Origin: Planctomycetota bacterium
GTDB lineage: Bacteria > Planctomycetota > UBA1135
NCBI GenBank assembly: GCA_040264055.1
Contig: JBDQJC010000009.1
Coordinates: 2,315 to 66,314 of the forward strand
Direction of reading: 5' to 3'
Length of the DNA stretch: 64,000 nt
Shown here piece by piece: positions 28,693-39,292 of the stretch (positions are counted from its first letter, which is position 1; each line of letters starts with the position of its first letter). The notes under the pieces were generated by a model. It was given only the letters and a program-made list of their open reading frames with translations, had not been told where the DNA came from and did not search any database. The position numbers and the translations under genes were made by a program.

Positions 28693-31125
28693 CTATCTGT
28701 TCCGCCACGCCGCAAGCGCGAAGTCAATGATGGGTTGTGGGTCGGGCAGAGAATGCGGGTGGTGATCCAGGCCCGGCTTGCGCACGACCACGATGTTGCC
28801 GCCGAGTTCACGGATGCGCGCTTCAACGATGTCGCTGTTTTCTGCAACTGGCACGACGGAGTCGGCTTCGCCGATCACGTGCAGAATAGGGATCTTCGCC
28901 TGCACGATGCGTTCCAAATCGCGTATGGCAAATCCTGCGAGAGCGGAAGCATCGCCGTCAGCGAAACCATAGGCGGCGAGGCATTGAGCCCATTCGGCAT
29001 CGCGGCGTTGACTGGCACCCGCGCCGCCCGGCCACGAATGCGGATCACAAACGGGGTTGTCGCCGTAAAGCGCGAGCACTCGATCCGGGTGCTGCTTGGC
29101 CCATTGATAGATCGCCAAACCACCACGGCTCATGCCTTCCATAAATGGCTTCTTGTGCAGCCCTGACTGCGTCAGCAAGGAATACAAACCCTCCCAACGG
29201 CGCATGGCTTCGGTGTTCCCGAACAGGCCGCCAACATCGCAATACACCACATGCCAACCACGCTCGAGCATGGAGCGATCGAACTGCGGCTCGTGCCCCC
29301 AGAAGCGCGCGCGCCAAACCCAAGGCTGGCCCTGCGCGGCGACCTTCGGGAAGACCACACGACACGCGGCGCCGCCCCAGTTAAACCGTGACTCGCGGAA
29401 TCCATGGAATTCGCCAGAGTCGATCCGCGTGCTTTGGCCGCGCAAGGCTTGTTCCAGGCTGAACGATTTCGGCGCCGCTTCTTGCCGTGTCACGATCGGC
29501 ACATAGCCGACCTCGAGGCCGTTTGGAGCTTGCACGAACAGAGCCGGGTCAAGCTTGAGGAGCTCGCCGGTGCTGGGCGGTGGCATGTAGTCGCGGTCGA
29601 TCGGCCATGCGCGATGAATCTTCTCGACGAAGGCTTGCAGCTTGTCGCGCTTTTCTTGCGACCAGTTGTATTGCTGAAACGAGGGCTGATCGACAAAGCG
29701 ATACCAGGAGTAAGTCACCAAAGAGCCGTCGCCGAGCACCACTTGAAATGGGCCCTGCTTCGGGCCGGGCTCAGCCCAGGCGCCGCGTGCCGGCGAGGTA
29801 AATGGTTGCCCCGGCTTCGCTAGGCGGAAGCCCGCCTCGTGCAGTCTTGTTTCCTGCGGGACATCCTCGGCGGCTACGGCAATGCGCTTCTCACCCTCGT
29901 GGCGGTAGTACTGCGGGAAGCTGCCCTGCTTGGCAGCACCGCCTTGTTTCCAGCTCAGTCCCCAGGTCGTATCCGTGAAGACTTTGGTGTCGAAGGTGTT
30001 TGCGACGCCTTCGATCGGCAAGCCATCCTGATCGAATCCGGGGGTGCGCGTGCTTAGCTTGGCGACGTAGCGCCCCTCTGCCTTGAATGCTCCGGTCGGG
30101 GCAGGGCCGCCGTCACGCCAAGCCTTGAAGTCGTCGTAGAGCGCCTGCTTTGAATAGTAGCTGACGTCCTGCACCAGCACGGCGTTGCCGTACTTGTCGA
30201 CCGGAAACTTGAGTTCTGGGATCTTCGACCAGGTCCGGCCTTGGCGATCTTGCGCAGTCAGTTGCGGCACGGTGTTGATCTCCATCGCGCCGCCGCCCAT
30301 CCTTCCGGCGCGTGCATCGAGGCCGCGGCCATAGATGAATTCGTAGTCGAACAGATCGCCGATCTTGCTCCAAGTCTCGGGGATGTAGTACGCGATCGGC
30401 CCTTTGAAGTTCTCCGTGCTCAAGAAACAGGTCCAGGCCTGATCACCGATCGGCGCCTTGCCATCGAGGCTGGGCACCGGATCGGTGAAAGGCAGCGCCA
30501 TATAGCTGTAGCCGAGAAACTTGCCTTCCGGTGTGCCTTCAAATGGCAACGCATCGGGCGGGATCAGCAAGCGATTGCTCAGTTGCGCGATACCGAGTCG
30601 CGCATCGGGCAGTGCTTCGGTGTCGTAGAAGAACGACCAGCCCGGCGAGCCGACTTCATAGTCGTAACACTGAGGCGTCGCATTCATGCTGAACTTGGGC
30701 GGTCCGTAGCGAAAGCGATTGCCGGCCCAGTAGCCCAGACCGCCTTCGACGGTCTGGAAGACGCTGCCCCAAGTCGGCCCGCGCTCCGGCCAGTTATCGC
30801 GCGCGCGCGTCCCGATTGGCGCCAAGGGTTGGTCGGGGTTGTCTGAGTTATCGGGCGAGATCCAGCCACTCGCCAAGCCGATCTGAAAATGGGCAAGCGG
30901 TTGATCCACCAAGGTCCAAGCTGCCGAATAGAAACCCATGCCGGCCCCATATTCGGCGCGGTTCTCGGGCTGGCTTGCGGTGTAGCCGATGTATCCATGC
31001 AAGCCTCGTCCGCCTTGCTTGACCTCGCCCTCTTGCGTTTCCTGGGCTTCCAAGCGGGGAAGCAGAAAAAAGAAGCTCGCGAGGAGGCTCAAGAATGCGG
31101 ATCGTAGAGCTTGTGCGCGCGACAT
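28693..31125 (-). CDS. Exported fusion: uncharacterised N-terminal domain + alpha/beta hydrolase
   Basis: Signal peptide from ATG 31125; C-terminal WRARFWGHEP, GMSRGG, DSVVP, HHPH. Confidence 0.75.
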   Translation of the reverse strand: MSRAQALRSAFLSLLASFFFLLPRLEAQETQEGEVKQGGRGLHGYIGYTASQPENRAEYGAGMGFYSAAWTLVDQPLAHFQIGLASGWISPDNSDNPDQPLAPIGTRARDNWPERGPTWGSVFQTVEGGLGYWAGNRFRYGPPKFSMNATPQCYDYEVGSPGWSFFYDTEALPDARLGIAQLSNRLLIPPDALPFEGTPEGKFLGYSYMALPFTDPVPSLDGKAPIGDQAWTCFLSTENFKGPIAYYIPETWSKIGDLFDYEFIYGRGLDARAGRMGGGAMEINTVPQLTAQDRQGRTWSKIPELKFPVDKYGNAVLVQDVSYYSKQALYDDFKAWRDGGPAPTGAFKAEGRYVAKLSTRTPGFDQDGLPIEGVANTFDTKVFTDTTWGLSWKQGGAAKQGSFPQYYRHEGEKRIAVAAEDVPQETRLHEAGFRLAKPGQPFTSPARGAWAEPGPKQGPFQVVLGDGSLVTYSWYRFVDQPSFQQYNWSQEKRDKLQAFVEKIHRAWPIDRDYMPPPSTGELLKLDPALFVQAPNGLEVGYVPIVTRQEAAPKSFSLEQALRGQSTRIDSGEFHGFRESRFNWGGAACRVVFPKVAAQGQPWVWRARFWGHEPQFDRSMLERGWHVVYCDVGGLFGNTEAMRRWEGLYSLLTQSGLHKKPFMEGMSRGGLAIYQWAKQHPDRVLALYGDNPVCDPHSWPGGAGASQRRDAEWAQCLAAYGFADGDASALAGFAIRDLERIVQAKIPILHVIGEADSVVPVAENSDIVEARIRELGGNIVVVRKPGLDHHPHSLPDPQPIIDFALAAWRNR

Positions 31126-31220
31126 GCTCTTATTGGAACGACCGCGCCGCACCGCTCGCCTGGAAATTAGAGCGATTTCCCTCGCGCCGCGTCGGCTCGC
31201 TGCTTCGCTAGGATGGATCG

Positions 31221-33011
31221 ATGTCATTCCTGCGCATTGTCTTCTTGCTTGTTGCGATTGCCCTAGGCACTTTCGCATCTGCTCAGCAACGCGTGCCGGG
31301 TGAGACCTGGCAGATCTACTCGGATGTCAGCGAGGCGGGATTCGACCCGGACTTGCTTGAAGCAGCTCGACAAGCATGGGAGAAGCTGCCGTCTTCGGCC
31401 TTCCTGGTCATTGCCGATGGAGCGATCGTTGCTTCCTGGGGCGAGGTGGAGCGGCGCTTTATGTGCCATTCGGTGCGCAAGAGTTTTCTTTCGGCGCTGT
31501 ACGGCATCTACTGGGATCGCGGCGAGATCGAACTGAACAAGACGATGGCGGAGCTCGGCATCGACGACGAACCGAGCCCCTTGCTCGAAGTGGAAAAGCA
31601 GGCGCGGATTCTCGATCTTCTCAAGGCGCGTTCGGCGGTCTATCACCCCGCGGCTTATGCGGGCCGCACCGACTCGGCGCCGCGCGGAAGCATCAGCCCT
31701 GGTCAAGCATTTGGCTACAACAACTGGGATTTCAATACGCTCGCAACCATCTTGATGCAACTGACGGGTGACGACATTTTTGAAGCCTTCGATGAGCATT
31801 TTGCGCAGCCGCTTGGCATGCAAGATTGGCGCTTGAGCGATGGCTACTACCACTACGAGTTGGATAAGTCGAAGTATCCAGCGTATCCCTTTCGCTTGTC
31901 GGCCCGCGATGCAGCGCGATTTGGTCTGTTGTTTGCGCGCCAAGGGATGTGGGGCGAGCAGCGCATCTTGTCACACCATTGGGTGAACCGTTCCACTGCG
32001 CTCTACTCGATCGATAGCCCATTGATGGGCTATGGATTCATGTGGTGGGTACTGCGCAAGCCGAGCCTGGAAGAGCACGGCATGGTGGCTGCCCTGGGAG
32101 TCGGAAATCAGATGATCGCCGCCTTGCCGAAGAGCGACATCGTGATCGTGAATCGTGCGAATACCTACGAGAACGAGTACACGCCTACCGAGGGCATGAT
32201 CGCTTTGATTGACCAAGTCTTGGCTGCGCGCACCGGGATGCCCAGTGCCGAACCCCATCTTGTGGCCGCGGCCGATGCGGCTACCCCGCATGATCAAACC
32301 GACAGGGCCAAGCCGGATCTGACGGGGTTGGCGGGCGGCTATCAGTTTCCCCCCGAGTCACTTGGGTTGGAGCCGTTCTCAACGTTGACGCTGACAGAGG
32401 GGCCGGGCTATCTCTTGGGCGATACCGCATTCGCGGGCAAGTTTCGCTTCTATCTGCAGAACGATGGTTCTTTGATACGAGAGGACGCTGGCGATCGATT
32501 CTTTGTCGTACGCAAACCGGATAGCTTGAACGTGGACGGAATCATCGGCATCGACGGGCTATTCGATGGCGCGATTCGAGCTCTCGCTCACGGCCAGGTT
32601 GAACGCACGGAAGCGCTCCTCTCGGGCGCGAAGGAAAGCGAACCGATCTGGGCGATGGTCGGCTTGGCCATGGCACGGGCGACGCAAGAGGGCGGGCCTC
32701 CACTTGAGCCCTTTCTGCGTGCCTTGCGCGATGACGACGCCGACGACGACGGTAGGGCTTTGCTCGAGAGCGTGATCCTGCGCGCGGGGTACAACCTCAG
32801 TGTCGCAGGACAAGTGGCGCAGGCCGCGGACTTGTACGCCAGCAATGTCCGTCTCTTTCCAGAGTCGGCGAACGCTTGGGAAGCGCTCGGTGAGACCCAA
32901 GCAAAACTCGGACAATTGGAAGCGGCGGAGCAGAGTTACCAACGTTCGCTCAAGTTGAATCCAGACAACCCTGGCGTACGCGAAGCAATCCGTGCGCTGC
33001 GTCGCAATTGA
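31221..33011 (+). CDS. Serine hydrolase (beta-lactamase-like, NylB-like) with C-terminal TPR
   Basis: Signal peptide; SVRKS, YNNWDFN, ARFGLL, YGFMWW; TPR FPESANAWEALGE. Confidence 0.85.
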   Translation: MSFLRIVFLLVAIALGTFASAQQRVPGETWQIYSDVSEAGFDPDLLEAARQAWEKLPSSAFLVIADGAIVASWGEVERRFMCHSVRKSFLSALYGIYWDRGEIELNKTMAELGIDDEPSPLLEVEKQARILDLLKARSAVYHPAAYAGRTDSAPRGSISPGQAFGYNNWDFNTLATILMQLTGDDIFEAFDEHFAQPLGMQDWRLSDGYYHYELDKSKYPAYPFRLSARDAARFGLLFARQGMWGEQRILSHHWVNRSTALYSIDSPLMGYGFMWWVLRKPSLEEHGMVAALGVGNQMIAALPKSDIVIVNRANTYENEYTPTEGMIALIDQVLAARTGMPSAEPHLVAAADAATPHDQTDRAKPDLTGLAGGYQFPPESLGLEPFSTLTLTEGPGYLLGDTAFAGKFRFYLQNDGSLIREDAGDRFFVVRKPDSLNVDGIIGIDGLFDGAIRALAHGQVERTEALLSGAKESEPIWAMVGLAMARATQEGGPPLEPFLRALRDDDADDDGRALLESVILRAGYNLSVAGQVAQAADLYASNVRLFPESANAWEALGETQAKLGQLEAAEQSYQRSLKLNPDNPGVREAIRALRRN

Positions 33012-33289
33012 CGCGGCTCCTTGCCTTCTGCGTCGGGCTGGTTCTCTTTCTTGTCGGGCTCGCATCGCTGCCGTTTCCAATTCCGGGTGGTCTGTTCGCG
33101 ACTGCCTTAGGTTTGGTACTGCTGATCTATTCGAGCCCCGGAGTGGAAGCGGGGGTGCGGGCGGCCCGTGCGCGTTACGCATGGTTTCACCGAGCTGTCT
33201 CGTGGCTCGAGGTGCGGGTTGGCAAGCGAGTCGGAGGGGTGCTGCAAACGACGCGCCCGCCCGGTCGGCCAAACGACGGCGGCGCGTAG
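33008..33289 (+). CDS. Small PGPGW-like membrane protein
   Basis: TTG overlapping upstream stop; two TM helices around PFPIPGG. Confidence 0.55.
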   Translation: MTRLLAFCVGLVLFLVGLASLPFPIPGGLFATALGLVLLIYSSPGVEAGVRAARARYAWFHRAVSWLEVRVGKRVGGVLQTTRPPGRPNDGGA

Positions 33290-33325
33290 GCGTGACCGCC
33301 TGCTAAACTACGCCGGAAATTCGCC

Positions 33326-34237
33326 ATGGCTGAATTCCTTGTCGCTGCGCTGTACCGCTTCGTCGACTTTCCTGATTTCGAGGAATGGCGCGAGCCACTG
33401 CTTGAGGCCTGTCGAGCGGGCGAGGTGAAGGGAACCTTGTTGCTTGCTCAAGAGGGCATCAATGGAACCATCGCCGGCCCCGAAAAGGGCGTGAACAGTG
33501 TCCTAGATTTACTGCGCGCCGACCTACGCTTTGCCGACCTGCAGCCGAAATTGTCGCGGGCTAGCGAGCCGCCGTTTCATCGCATGAAGGTGAGGCGCAA
33601 GAAAGAAATCGTCACGATGGGGGTCGAGGGAATCGACCCTAATCAGATCGTCGGGACCTATGTTGAGCCGCAAGACTGGAATGCTCTGATTCAAGATCCA
33701 GAGGTCACGCTAATCGATACGCGTAACGAATACGAAGTGGCGATAGGCACTTTCGAGGGCGCGCGCGATCCGAAGTTGGGCAGCTTTCGTGAGTTTCCAG
33801 CCTGGCTGAAAACCGAGGTCGAAGATGGGCAAAAGGTGGCGATGTTCTGCACCGGCGGCATTCGATGCGAAAAGTCGACCGCCTATCTGAAACAACTCGG
33901 CGTGCGCGAAGTCTTCCATCTACAGGGGGGCATCTTGAAGTACCTGGAAACGGTGCCGGAAGAGCAAAGCCTCTGGAAGGGCGAGTGTTTCGTCTTTGAC
34001 GAACGAGTCGCCGTGGGGCACGGCCTTTCCGAAGGTAGCTATGGGCTTTGCCGCGCCTGTCGCTTTCCGATTGACGCGCAAGATCGCCAGCGCGAACAGT
34101 TTGAGGAAGGCGTCAGCTGCCATCACTGTTTTGCGAAGACCAGCGAGGCGCAAAAGGCGAGCTATCGCGAGCGCCGCAAGCAAATTGAGCTTGCCGAAGC
34201 GCGCGGTGAGCAACACTTGGGCGACTTAGATTCTTGA
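33326..34237 (+). CDS. trhO: tRNA uridine(34) hydroxylase (UPF0176 rhodanese)
   Basis: [47 protein letters not shown]. Confidence 0.95.
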   Translation: MAEFLVAALYRFVDFPDFEEWREPLLEACRAGEVKGTLLLAQEGINGTIAGPEKGVNSVLDLLRADLRFADLQPKLSRASEPPFHRMKVRRKKEIVTMGVEGIDPNQIVGTYVEPQDWNALIQDPEVTLIDTRNEYEVAIGTFEGARDPKLGSFREFPAWLKTEVEDGQKVAMFCTGGIRCEKSTAYLKQLGVREVFHLQGGILKYLETVPEEQSLWKGECFVFDERVAVGHGLSEGSYGLCRACRFPIDAQDRQREQFEEGVSCHHCFAKTSEAQKASYRERRKQIELAEARGEQHLGDLDS

Positions 34238-34890
34238 GCGAAACCCTTCCGGTCCTGTTCAGTTTCCGACGCTGTCCCTATGCGATGCGCGCGCGTCTCG
34301 CGCTGGCGGCAAGTGGGCAATCGCTTGAGCTACGCGAGATCGAGTTGCGCAATCGGCCGGACGAGATCTACGCGGCCTCGGCCAAGGGGACGGTTCCGGT
34401 TCTCGTGCTACCCGACGGGACGGTGATCGATGAAAGCCTGGATGTGATGCGTTGGGCCTTGGTTCAGGACGACCCTGAGGATTGGCTTCCTGCCAGCGCT
34501 GCACTGCAGGCCGAAACCGATCGTTTGATCGCGCGCAATGACGGCGAGTTCAAGCATCACTTGGATCGCTACAAGTATGCGACGCGGTACGAAGACGTCG
34601 ATGAGTTGGAGCACCGCGATGCGGCATCGGTGATACTTCGCGCGCTCGATGCTCGCTTGCAACAGCACTCCTTTCTGATTGACGCAGAGTTTCGACTCGC
34701 AGATGCGGCGATTGCACCATTCGTGCGCCAATTTGCGATCGCCGATCGCGCCTGGTTCGATGCGCAAGACTGGACTGCACTCCGCATTTGGCTTGACCGC
34801 TTCATCGCGTCACAGCGCTTTCAGTCCATCATGCAAAAGTATCCGGTGTGGCGTGCGGGGCAGGCTCCGCTCTGCGTGAGTTGGAGATAG
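34234..34890 (+). CDS. Glutathione S-transferase family protein
   Basis: [45 protein letters not shown]. Confidence 0.92.
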   Translation: MSETLPVLFSFRRCPYAMRARLALAASGQSLELREIELRNRPDEIYAASAKGTVPVLVLPDGTVIDESLDVMRWALVQDDPEDWLPASAALQAETDRLIARNDGEFKHHLDRYKYATRYEDVDELEHRDAASVILRALDARLQQHSFLIDAEFRLADAAIAPFVRQFAIADRAWFDAQDWTALRIWLDRFIASQRFQSIMQKYPVWRAGQAPLCVSWR

Positions 34891-34891
34891 G

Positions 34892-34921
34892 AAAAGGCCG
34901 CAAGGAAGCATCCTTGCGGCC
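34892..34921 (-). terminator. Rho-independent terminator of the S8 peptidase gene (between convergent genes)
   Basis: Perfect 11-bp stem GGCCGCAAGGA/TCCTTGCGGCC, 4-nt loop, followed by a U4 tract on the minus strand. Confidence 0.75.
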
Positions 34922-34955
34922 CGAAAACAGGCCTTTGCCTGTTCGATCCCGTGAA

Positions 34956-37058
34956 CTAGTTCACCGAGATATTCGCCGAAGGCTGGTAACGCACCCCTGC
35001 ACGGTCACGAATGTTCGCTTTGAAACTCCAGCTCGTCGCCGAGCTTGGTAGCCCTGACAAATTGAAGCTCGCGGTAAAGCTGCCATCGCCGTTGTTGGTG
35101 AAGTTCTGGCGCACCGAGTCCTTGCGCTTCTTCAGTTGCCACCAGTTCTGGCGCATATTGCTCGAGTTGACCTGATCCGACCAAACCAACATGTAGATCG
35201 TGTCGCTGCGCGAGAAGCTGCGATCATCCGTCGAGAAGTCGGAATTCTTGGACAAGATGAAGCCCTGGCCGGTGAATCCACCTGGTTCCGTCACCGTGAT
35301 GTAATCGGTGCGCACCATGGTGTCATTGCCGTTGGCATTGGTCGCTGTCATGGTCACCGTGTAGACGCCCGCTGCGGTGTATGTATGAGATGGATCTTGC
35401 GCCGAGGAGCTGCCACCGTCACCGAAATCCCAGCTCCATGAAGTCGGGCCATCAGTACTCGCGTCGATGAAGTTCACTTCAAGTGGTGCCGTTCCGCTCA
35501 GCGGAGTGCCGTTGAAGTTCGCGGTTGGCGGCGCCGGAGCATCGACCACGATGTAGCCGACCTTGGTCTCGCCGTCGGATCCGTTGGCATTGCTGGCCGT
35601 CAAACTGACGGTGTAGGTGCCCGGAGTCGTGTAGGTGTGGCTCGGATTCTGGCTGCTGGAGTTGCCGCCATCACCGAAGGTCCAAGACCAACCATCGGGA
35701 CTGCCAGAGGACAGATCCGAGAAGCTTACGACCAAAGGAGCCGTGCCCGAAGTCGGCGTGCCACTGAAGTTCGCAACCGGCGGGTTGCCGCCGCCGCCAA
35801 TCAAGGAAAGCGAGCCGTAGATGTTCACGCGGCCGTAGCCGTAGGTGTTGTCTACGCCTGCCGAGCCCAAGTCGTCGACGCCATTCTTCAGAATGTCCTC
35901 CACTTCATTGGGCGTCAGAGATGGATCCGCCGACCAAATCAATGCGCACAAGCCAGCCGTGATCGGACAAGCGAAACTGGTGCCACTGACGTAGGCATAG
36001 TCGGAATCACTGCCGCTATCGGTGGTCAATACGCTTTGGCCAGGGGCCGTCACATCGACGTACTGCCCGTAAGCCGAGAAGCTCGCTTTGCTATCGCTCG
36101 AGTTGGTTGCGCCAGCGATGATGATGTCATCATTATCACGGTTGCCAAAGGTCAGATTGCGGTTGTCGTTTCCGGCTGCCCAAACCAACAAGCCTCCAAT
36201 CGACTTGATGTAGGTCGCAGTCGTCAAGTTCGAGCTCGAATCCGGTCCCGAGTAACTGACGCTCGCGACACGGTCGCCGGCTTCAATCGCCGTACGAGCC
36301 GCGTGCTGCAGATTGCTCAAGCTGGCACCCCCGCCGCTTGAGTTGGAAACGCGCATCATGCGGTGGCTCAGGTCCCAGCCCATGCCGGAAACGCCAACGC
36401 CGTTATTGCCATTGGCTGCGCCACATCCAGTGACCATCGTGCCGTGCGGGTGCACCGCACCAATGTTTCCGCCGTTACTTTCCCAAACACGATCGACTGC
36501 GTTGTAGGCCTCGAGGCGATGTTGCTGGAAGTCTTCGTGCGTGGTGCGAATGCCGGTGTCGCAGAAGGCGACGCCAACCGTCGGGTTGCCGGTATGGATA
36601 TCCCAGCCGTCGGCAGACTGCATGCGGTTGGCATTGTGTTGCCACTGGCTGCCGAACAAAGGGTCGTTGGGGGCACCGATGGGGTAGACGGTCCAATCCG
36701 GCTCGACGTACTGGAAGGCACCGGTCGACATCAGTTCGCGCGCGACCAAGTTCTCGGAAGAACTCGCCGGCACGGCAAAGATGTATTCATCGGTAGCAGG
36801 CACGAACTCATGAACCTGGAAGCCGTTCATCATCATGTGCCCGGCAAGGTGGAGCGTCTGGCTTTGCTCGTGGCTGACGCCACGCTGTTCCAAGTCGGCG
36901 ACCTGCATCGGTCGCGCGATCATCCAGCCAGAAAATTCGCGCTGGCCGGCGACTTCTTCAAACTGAGCGAGGGGAGCTTGCGCGGATACTTGCGCAGCAG
37001 AGGGTTGCACGAAGCCCGCAAAGAGTGCGAGCCCCAGGAAAGTAGACCTGGTGTTCAT
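34956..37058 (-). CDS. Secreted subtilisin-like S8 peptidase with two PKD domains
   Basis: Signal peptide; triad CDTG, HGT, GTSFACP; AAGND; PKD WSWTFGDG and WSWDFGDG. Confidence 0.92.
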   Translation of the reverse strand: MNTRSTFLGLALFAGFVQPSAAQVSAQAPLAQFEEVAGQREFSGWMIARPMQVADLEQRGVSHEQSQTLHLAGHMMMNGFQVHEFVPATDEYIFAVPASSSENLVARELMSTGAFQYVEPDWTVYPIGAPNDPLFGSQWQHNANRMQSADGWDIHTGNPTVGVAFCDTGIRTTHEDFQQHRLEAYNAVDRVWESNGGNIGAVHPHGTMVTGCGAANGNNGVGVSGMGWDLSHRMMRVSNSSGGGASLSNLQHAARTAIEAGDRVASVSYSGPDSSSNLTTATYIKSIGGLLVWAAGNDNRNLTFGNRDNDDIIIAGATNSSDSKASFSAYGQYVDVTAPGQSVLTTDSGSDSDYAYVSGTSFACPITAGLCALIWSADPSLTPNEVEDILKNGVDDLGSAGVDNTYGYGRVNIYGSLSLIGGGGNPPVANFSGTPTSGTAPLVVSFSDLSSGSPDGWSWTFGDGGNSSSQNPSHTYTTPGTYTVSLTASNANGSDGETKVGYIVVDAPAPPTANFNGTPLSGTAPLEVNFIDASTDGPTSWSWDFGDGGSSSAQDPSHTYTAAGVYTVTMTATNANGNDTMVRTDYITVTEPGGFTGQGFILSKNSDFSTDDRSFSRSDTIYMLVWSDQVNSSNMRQNWWQLKKRKDSVRQNFTNNGDGSFTASFNLSGLPSSATSWSFKANIRDRAGVRYQPSANISVN

Positions 37059-37349
37059 GGAGGGGAGATTAAGTTGTGAGGGAATGGCCGAAGGTCGGCC
37101 AGGGGAGGAGCGGCGGGGAAACCGTTCTCACGAACCTAACAGAGCATTTGAGTTGGCAGGCCGAGCAATCTTGCTGGATTGGGCAACTTTGCAGCGCATT
37201 CTTGACCATCGCGGCGGCCCTCACGCTAGGCAAAACGCAAGAGCTCCGGCCTGTAGGAGCGAGGAAGGGCCGCCGTTGAGCGATTTTTGCTACGCAGATG
37301 GGGGGTTGCCCAGTACTCTCAATCTGTCCGCGTTGCGGGCGCCCTCGGA

Positions 37350-37763
37350 ATGATTCGCGCTTTCCTCGTTTTCGCATTACTGGTGCTGCATATGGTGCAG
37401 CCACTGGTAGCGAAGCCGTTGTGCATGCTTTCCGAGTCCGAAGCAAGTGCATGCTGTTGCTGCGCGCCGATGGAAGCGGGCCCGATGCAGGGCTGTTGCT
37501 CGTCGGATGCTTCAGACGAAAGCCCGCTGCAGATTCAGCTGCAAGATTGCGGCTGCTCCGTCGCACCTCATGTGCCGGCACCACCTGCTCCGGTAGAGTC
37601 GATTGAGCTCGGCTTTGTCTCCTTTGTCGGCAATTGGCCGCAAGTCGAGTCGGATGAGCCAGATCTCGCTGGGGCGCTTGCGGCCTCACTTCGGCGTCGA
37701 ATTGTGTGTCCAAACGCGGGCGGTCCGCCGCTCCGTTTGTTGACCCAAGTCTTCCGCTTATAG
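37350..37763 (+). CDS. Small Cys-rich exported protein at the head of the copper efflux cluster
   Basis: Signal-like N-terminus, ACCCCA, GCC, CGC, C-terminal GPP..L..VFRL. Confidence 0.6.
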   Translation: MIRAFLVFALLVLHMVQPLVAKPLCMLSESEASACCCCAPMEAGPMQGCCSSDASDESPLQIQLQDCGCSVAPHVPAPPAPVESIELGFVSFVGNWPQVESDEPDLAGALAASLRRRIVCPNAGGPPLRLLTQVFRL

Positions 37764-37951
37764 GGCGCCGCCGGTGCGCACTTTTGGTGCGCTGTTCGAT
37801 TCCGTGCTTTGCAGCACGTTGGAGAGCCATATCGCATGGCTGAGTCAAGGCTTCACGTATCCAGTTCCTTTCGGGAATCGTGTTGAGCCTTGCCGTTCGA
37901 ACACCAGGACGTTTTTCGTTCAGGCTAATTCCCGCTTGCGAGGCAAGCACC

Positions 37952-39292
37952 ATGAGCCCTCAAACTCCCATCCTGCGGTTGATTGCCGCATGCATCCTTG
38001 TCGCGCCGAGCTGCGCGAGCTCAATCGAACGCGAATCTTGGCCTGCTCCGCAGTTGCCAAGCCGTTCTCTGCTTGAGCCTTCGACGGCACAAGCGTTCGT
38101 TGTGGGGCAGACCCGTGCGGACTATGTTCGCTTCGCACTCGAGAACAGCTTTGAACTCAAAGCGGCGTTTGCGAGTTGGAGCGCGCAGCAGGAAGCGGTC
38201 GAGATCAGTTCGACGCTGCCGGCGCCGCGCTTGATGTTCGCCGAGTTTCTTGAAGAGGTGCAGACTCGAACGGGGCCGCAGGAGCGCAAGATTGGGGTCA
38301 GCCAGGCCTTCCCGTGGCCGGGGCAGTTGGATGCGAAGGCAGAGGTTGCTGAGCACCGCGCCCACGCCGCCTGGCAGCAACTCGAGTCGGAGCGACTGCG
38401 GATCCGCGCGGAAGTCGAAGTTGCCTACGACAACTACGCCTTTTTGCAACGCGAAGAGCGCGTGATGGTGCAGTTGGTGGAGATCCTGCACGGTTTTGAT
38501 TCGGTCGTGCAAGCGCGCATCCGAGGGGGCGGGAGTCAACAGGATCTGCTGCGTCTGCAGGTGGAAATCGGTCGAGCAGAAGACCAGCTGGCACGGGTGC
38601 GTGCCCGGCGCAGCGCGAGTTTTGCGCGCCTCGCAGATCGAATTGGATTGCGTCAGCTCCCGGAGAAGTTGCCTGAGATTCAGCTGGAGGTAGCTCCTGC
38701 GTTCTCTCTCGAAGCCGCAGACCTGCATGAACTTGCGCTCCAGCGCAGCCCTGAACTGCACTCCTTAGGAGCGCTCTATGACGCCGCGCGCGGTGAAGAA
38801 GGTCTTGCCGAGTTCGCGCGTCGTCCCAGTTTCGTTGTTGGAGTGGAAACCGTGGTCACCGGGGACGCGTCGATGCCGGGCGTGCCGGGCAGCGGCGATG
38901 ATCCGTGGGTGATCAGCGTCGGCATGGACCTGCCGATTTGGGGGCCAAGCTATGACGCGGTCGAGCGCCGGGCGCGCCAAGAGCTGGTCGCAGCGCGCGC
39001 GCGTTGGGACGGCAAGGCGCTGAGCCTGCGCGCAGCGATCGAGAACGAAGTCTATATCGCGGCAGACGCGCAACGCCGGGCCGACCTCTACCAAGACATC
39101 CTGCTTCCGCGTGCGTCCGAGGCTTTGGAGCTAAGCCTCGCCGCCTATCGCACGGGAACCGCGACCGCTCTGGACTTGATTGACTCGGAGCGGACTCTGC
39201 TTGAGTTCGAACTCGCCTATTGGCGCGCCAATCTGGACCAATGGCAAGCGGTTTCACGCTTGCGCTTCCTCGTCGGAGGAGAATTCTCATGA
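37952..39292 (+). CDS. cusC: TolC-family outer membrane efflux lipoprotein
   Basis: Lipobox APSC, QAFPWPG, DLPIW, YRTG..LDLIDSER; directly upstream of cusB/cusA. Confidence 0.85.
   Translation: MSPQTPILRLIAACILVAPSCASSIERESWPAPQLPSRSLLEPSTAQAFVVGQTRADYVRFALENSFELKAAFASWSAQQEAVEISSTLPAPRLMFAEFLEEVQTRTGPQERKIGVSQAFPWPGQLDAKAEVAEHRAHAAWQQLESERLRIRAEVEVAYDNYAFLQREERVMVQLVEILHGFDSVVQARIRGGGSQQDLLRLQVEIGRAEDQLARVRARRSASFARLADRIGLRQLPEKLPEIQLEVAPAFSLEAADLHELALQRSPELHSLGALYDAARGEEGLAEFARRPSFVVGVETVVTGDASMPGVPGSGDDPWVISVGMDLPIWGPSYDAVERRARQELVAARARWDGKALSLRAAIENEVYIAADAQRRADLYQDILLPRASEALELSLAAYRTGTATALDLIDSERTLLEFELAYWRANLDQWQAVSRLRFLVGGEFS

Noticed and set aside
35290-35790. Degenerate direct repeat in the S8 gene
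   Set aside because: Explained by two tandem PKD domains, not a DNA-level element
37069-37953. 294-aa minus-strand ORF between S8 and cusC
   Set aside because: Low-complexity translation; the plus-strand Cys-rich ORF fits the metal cluster better
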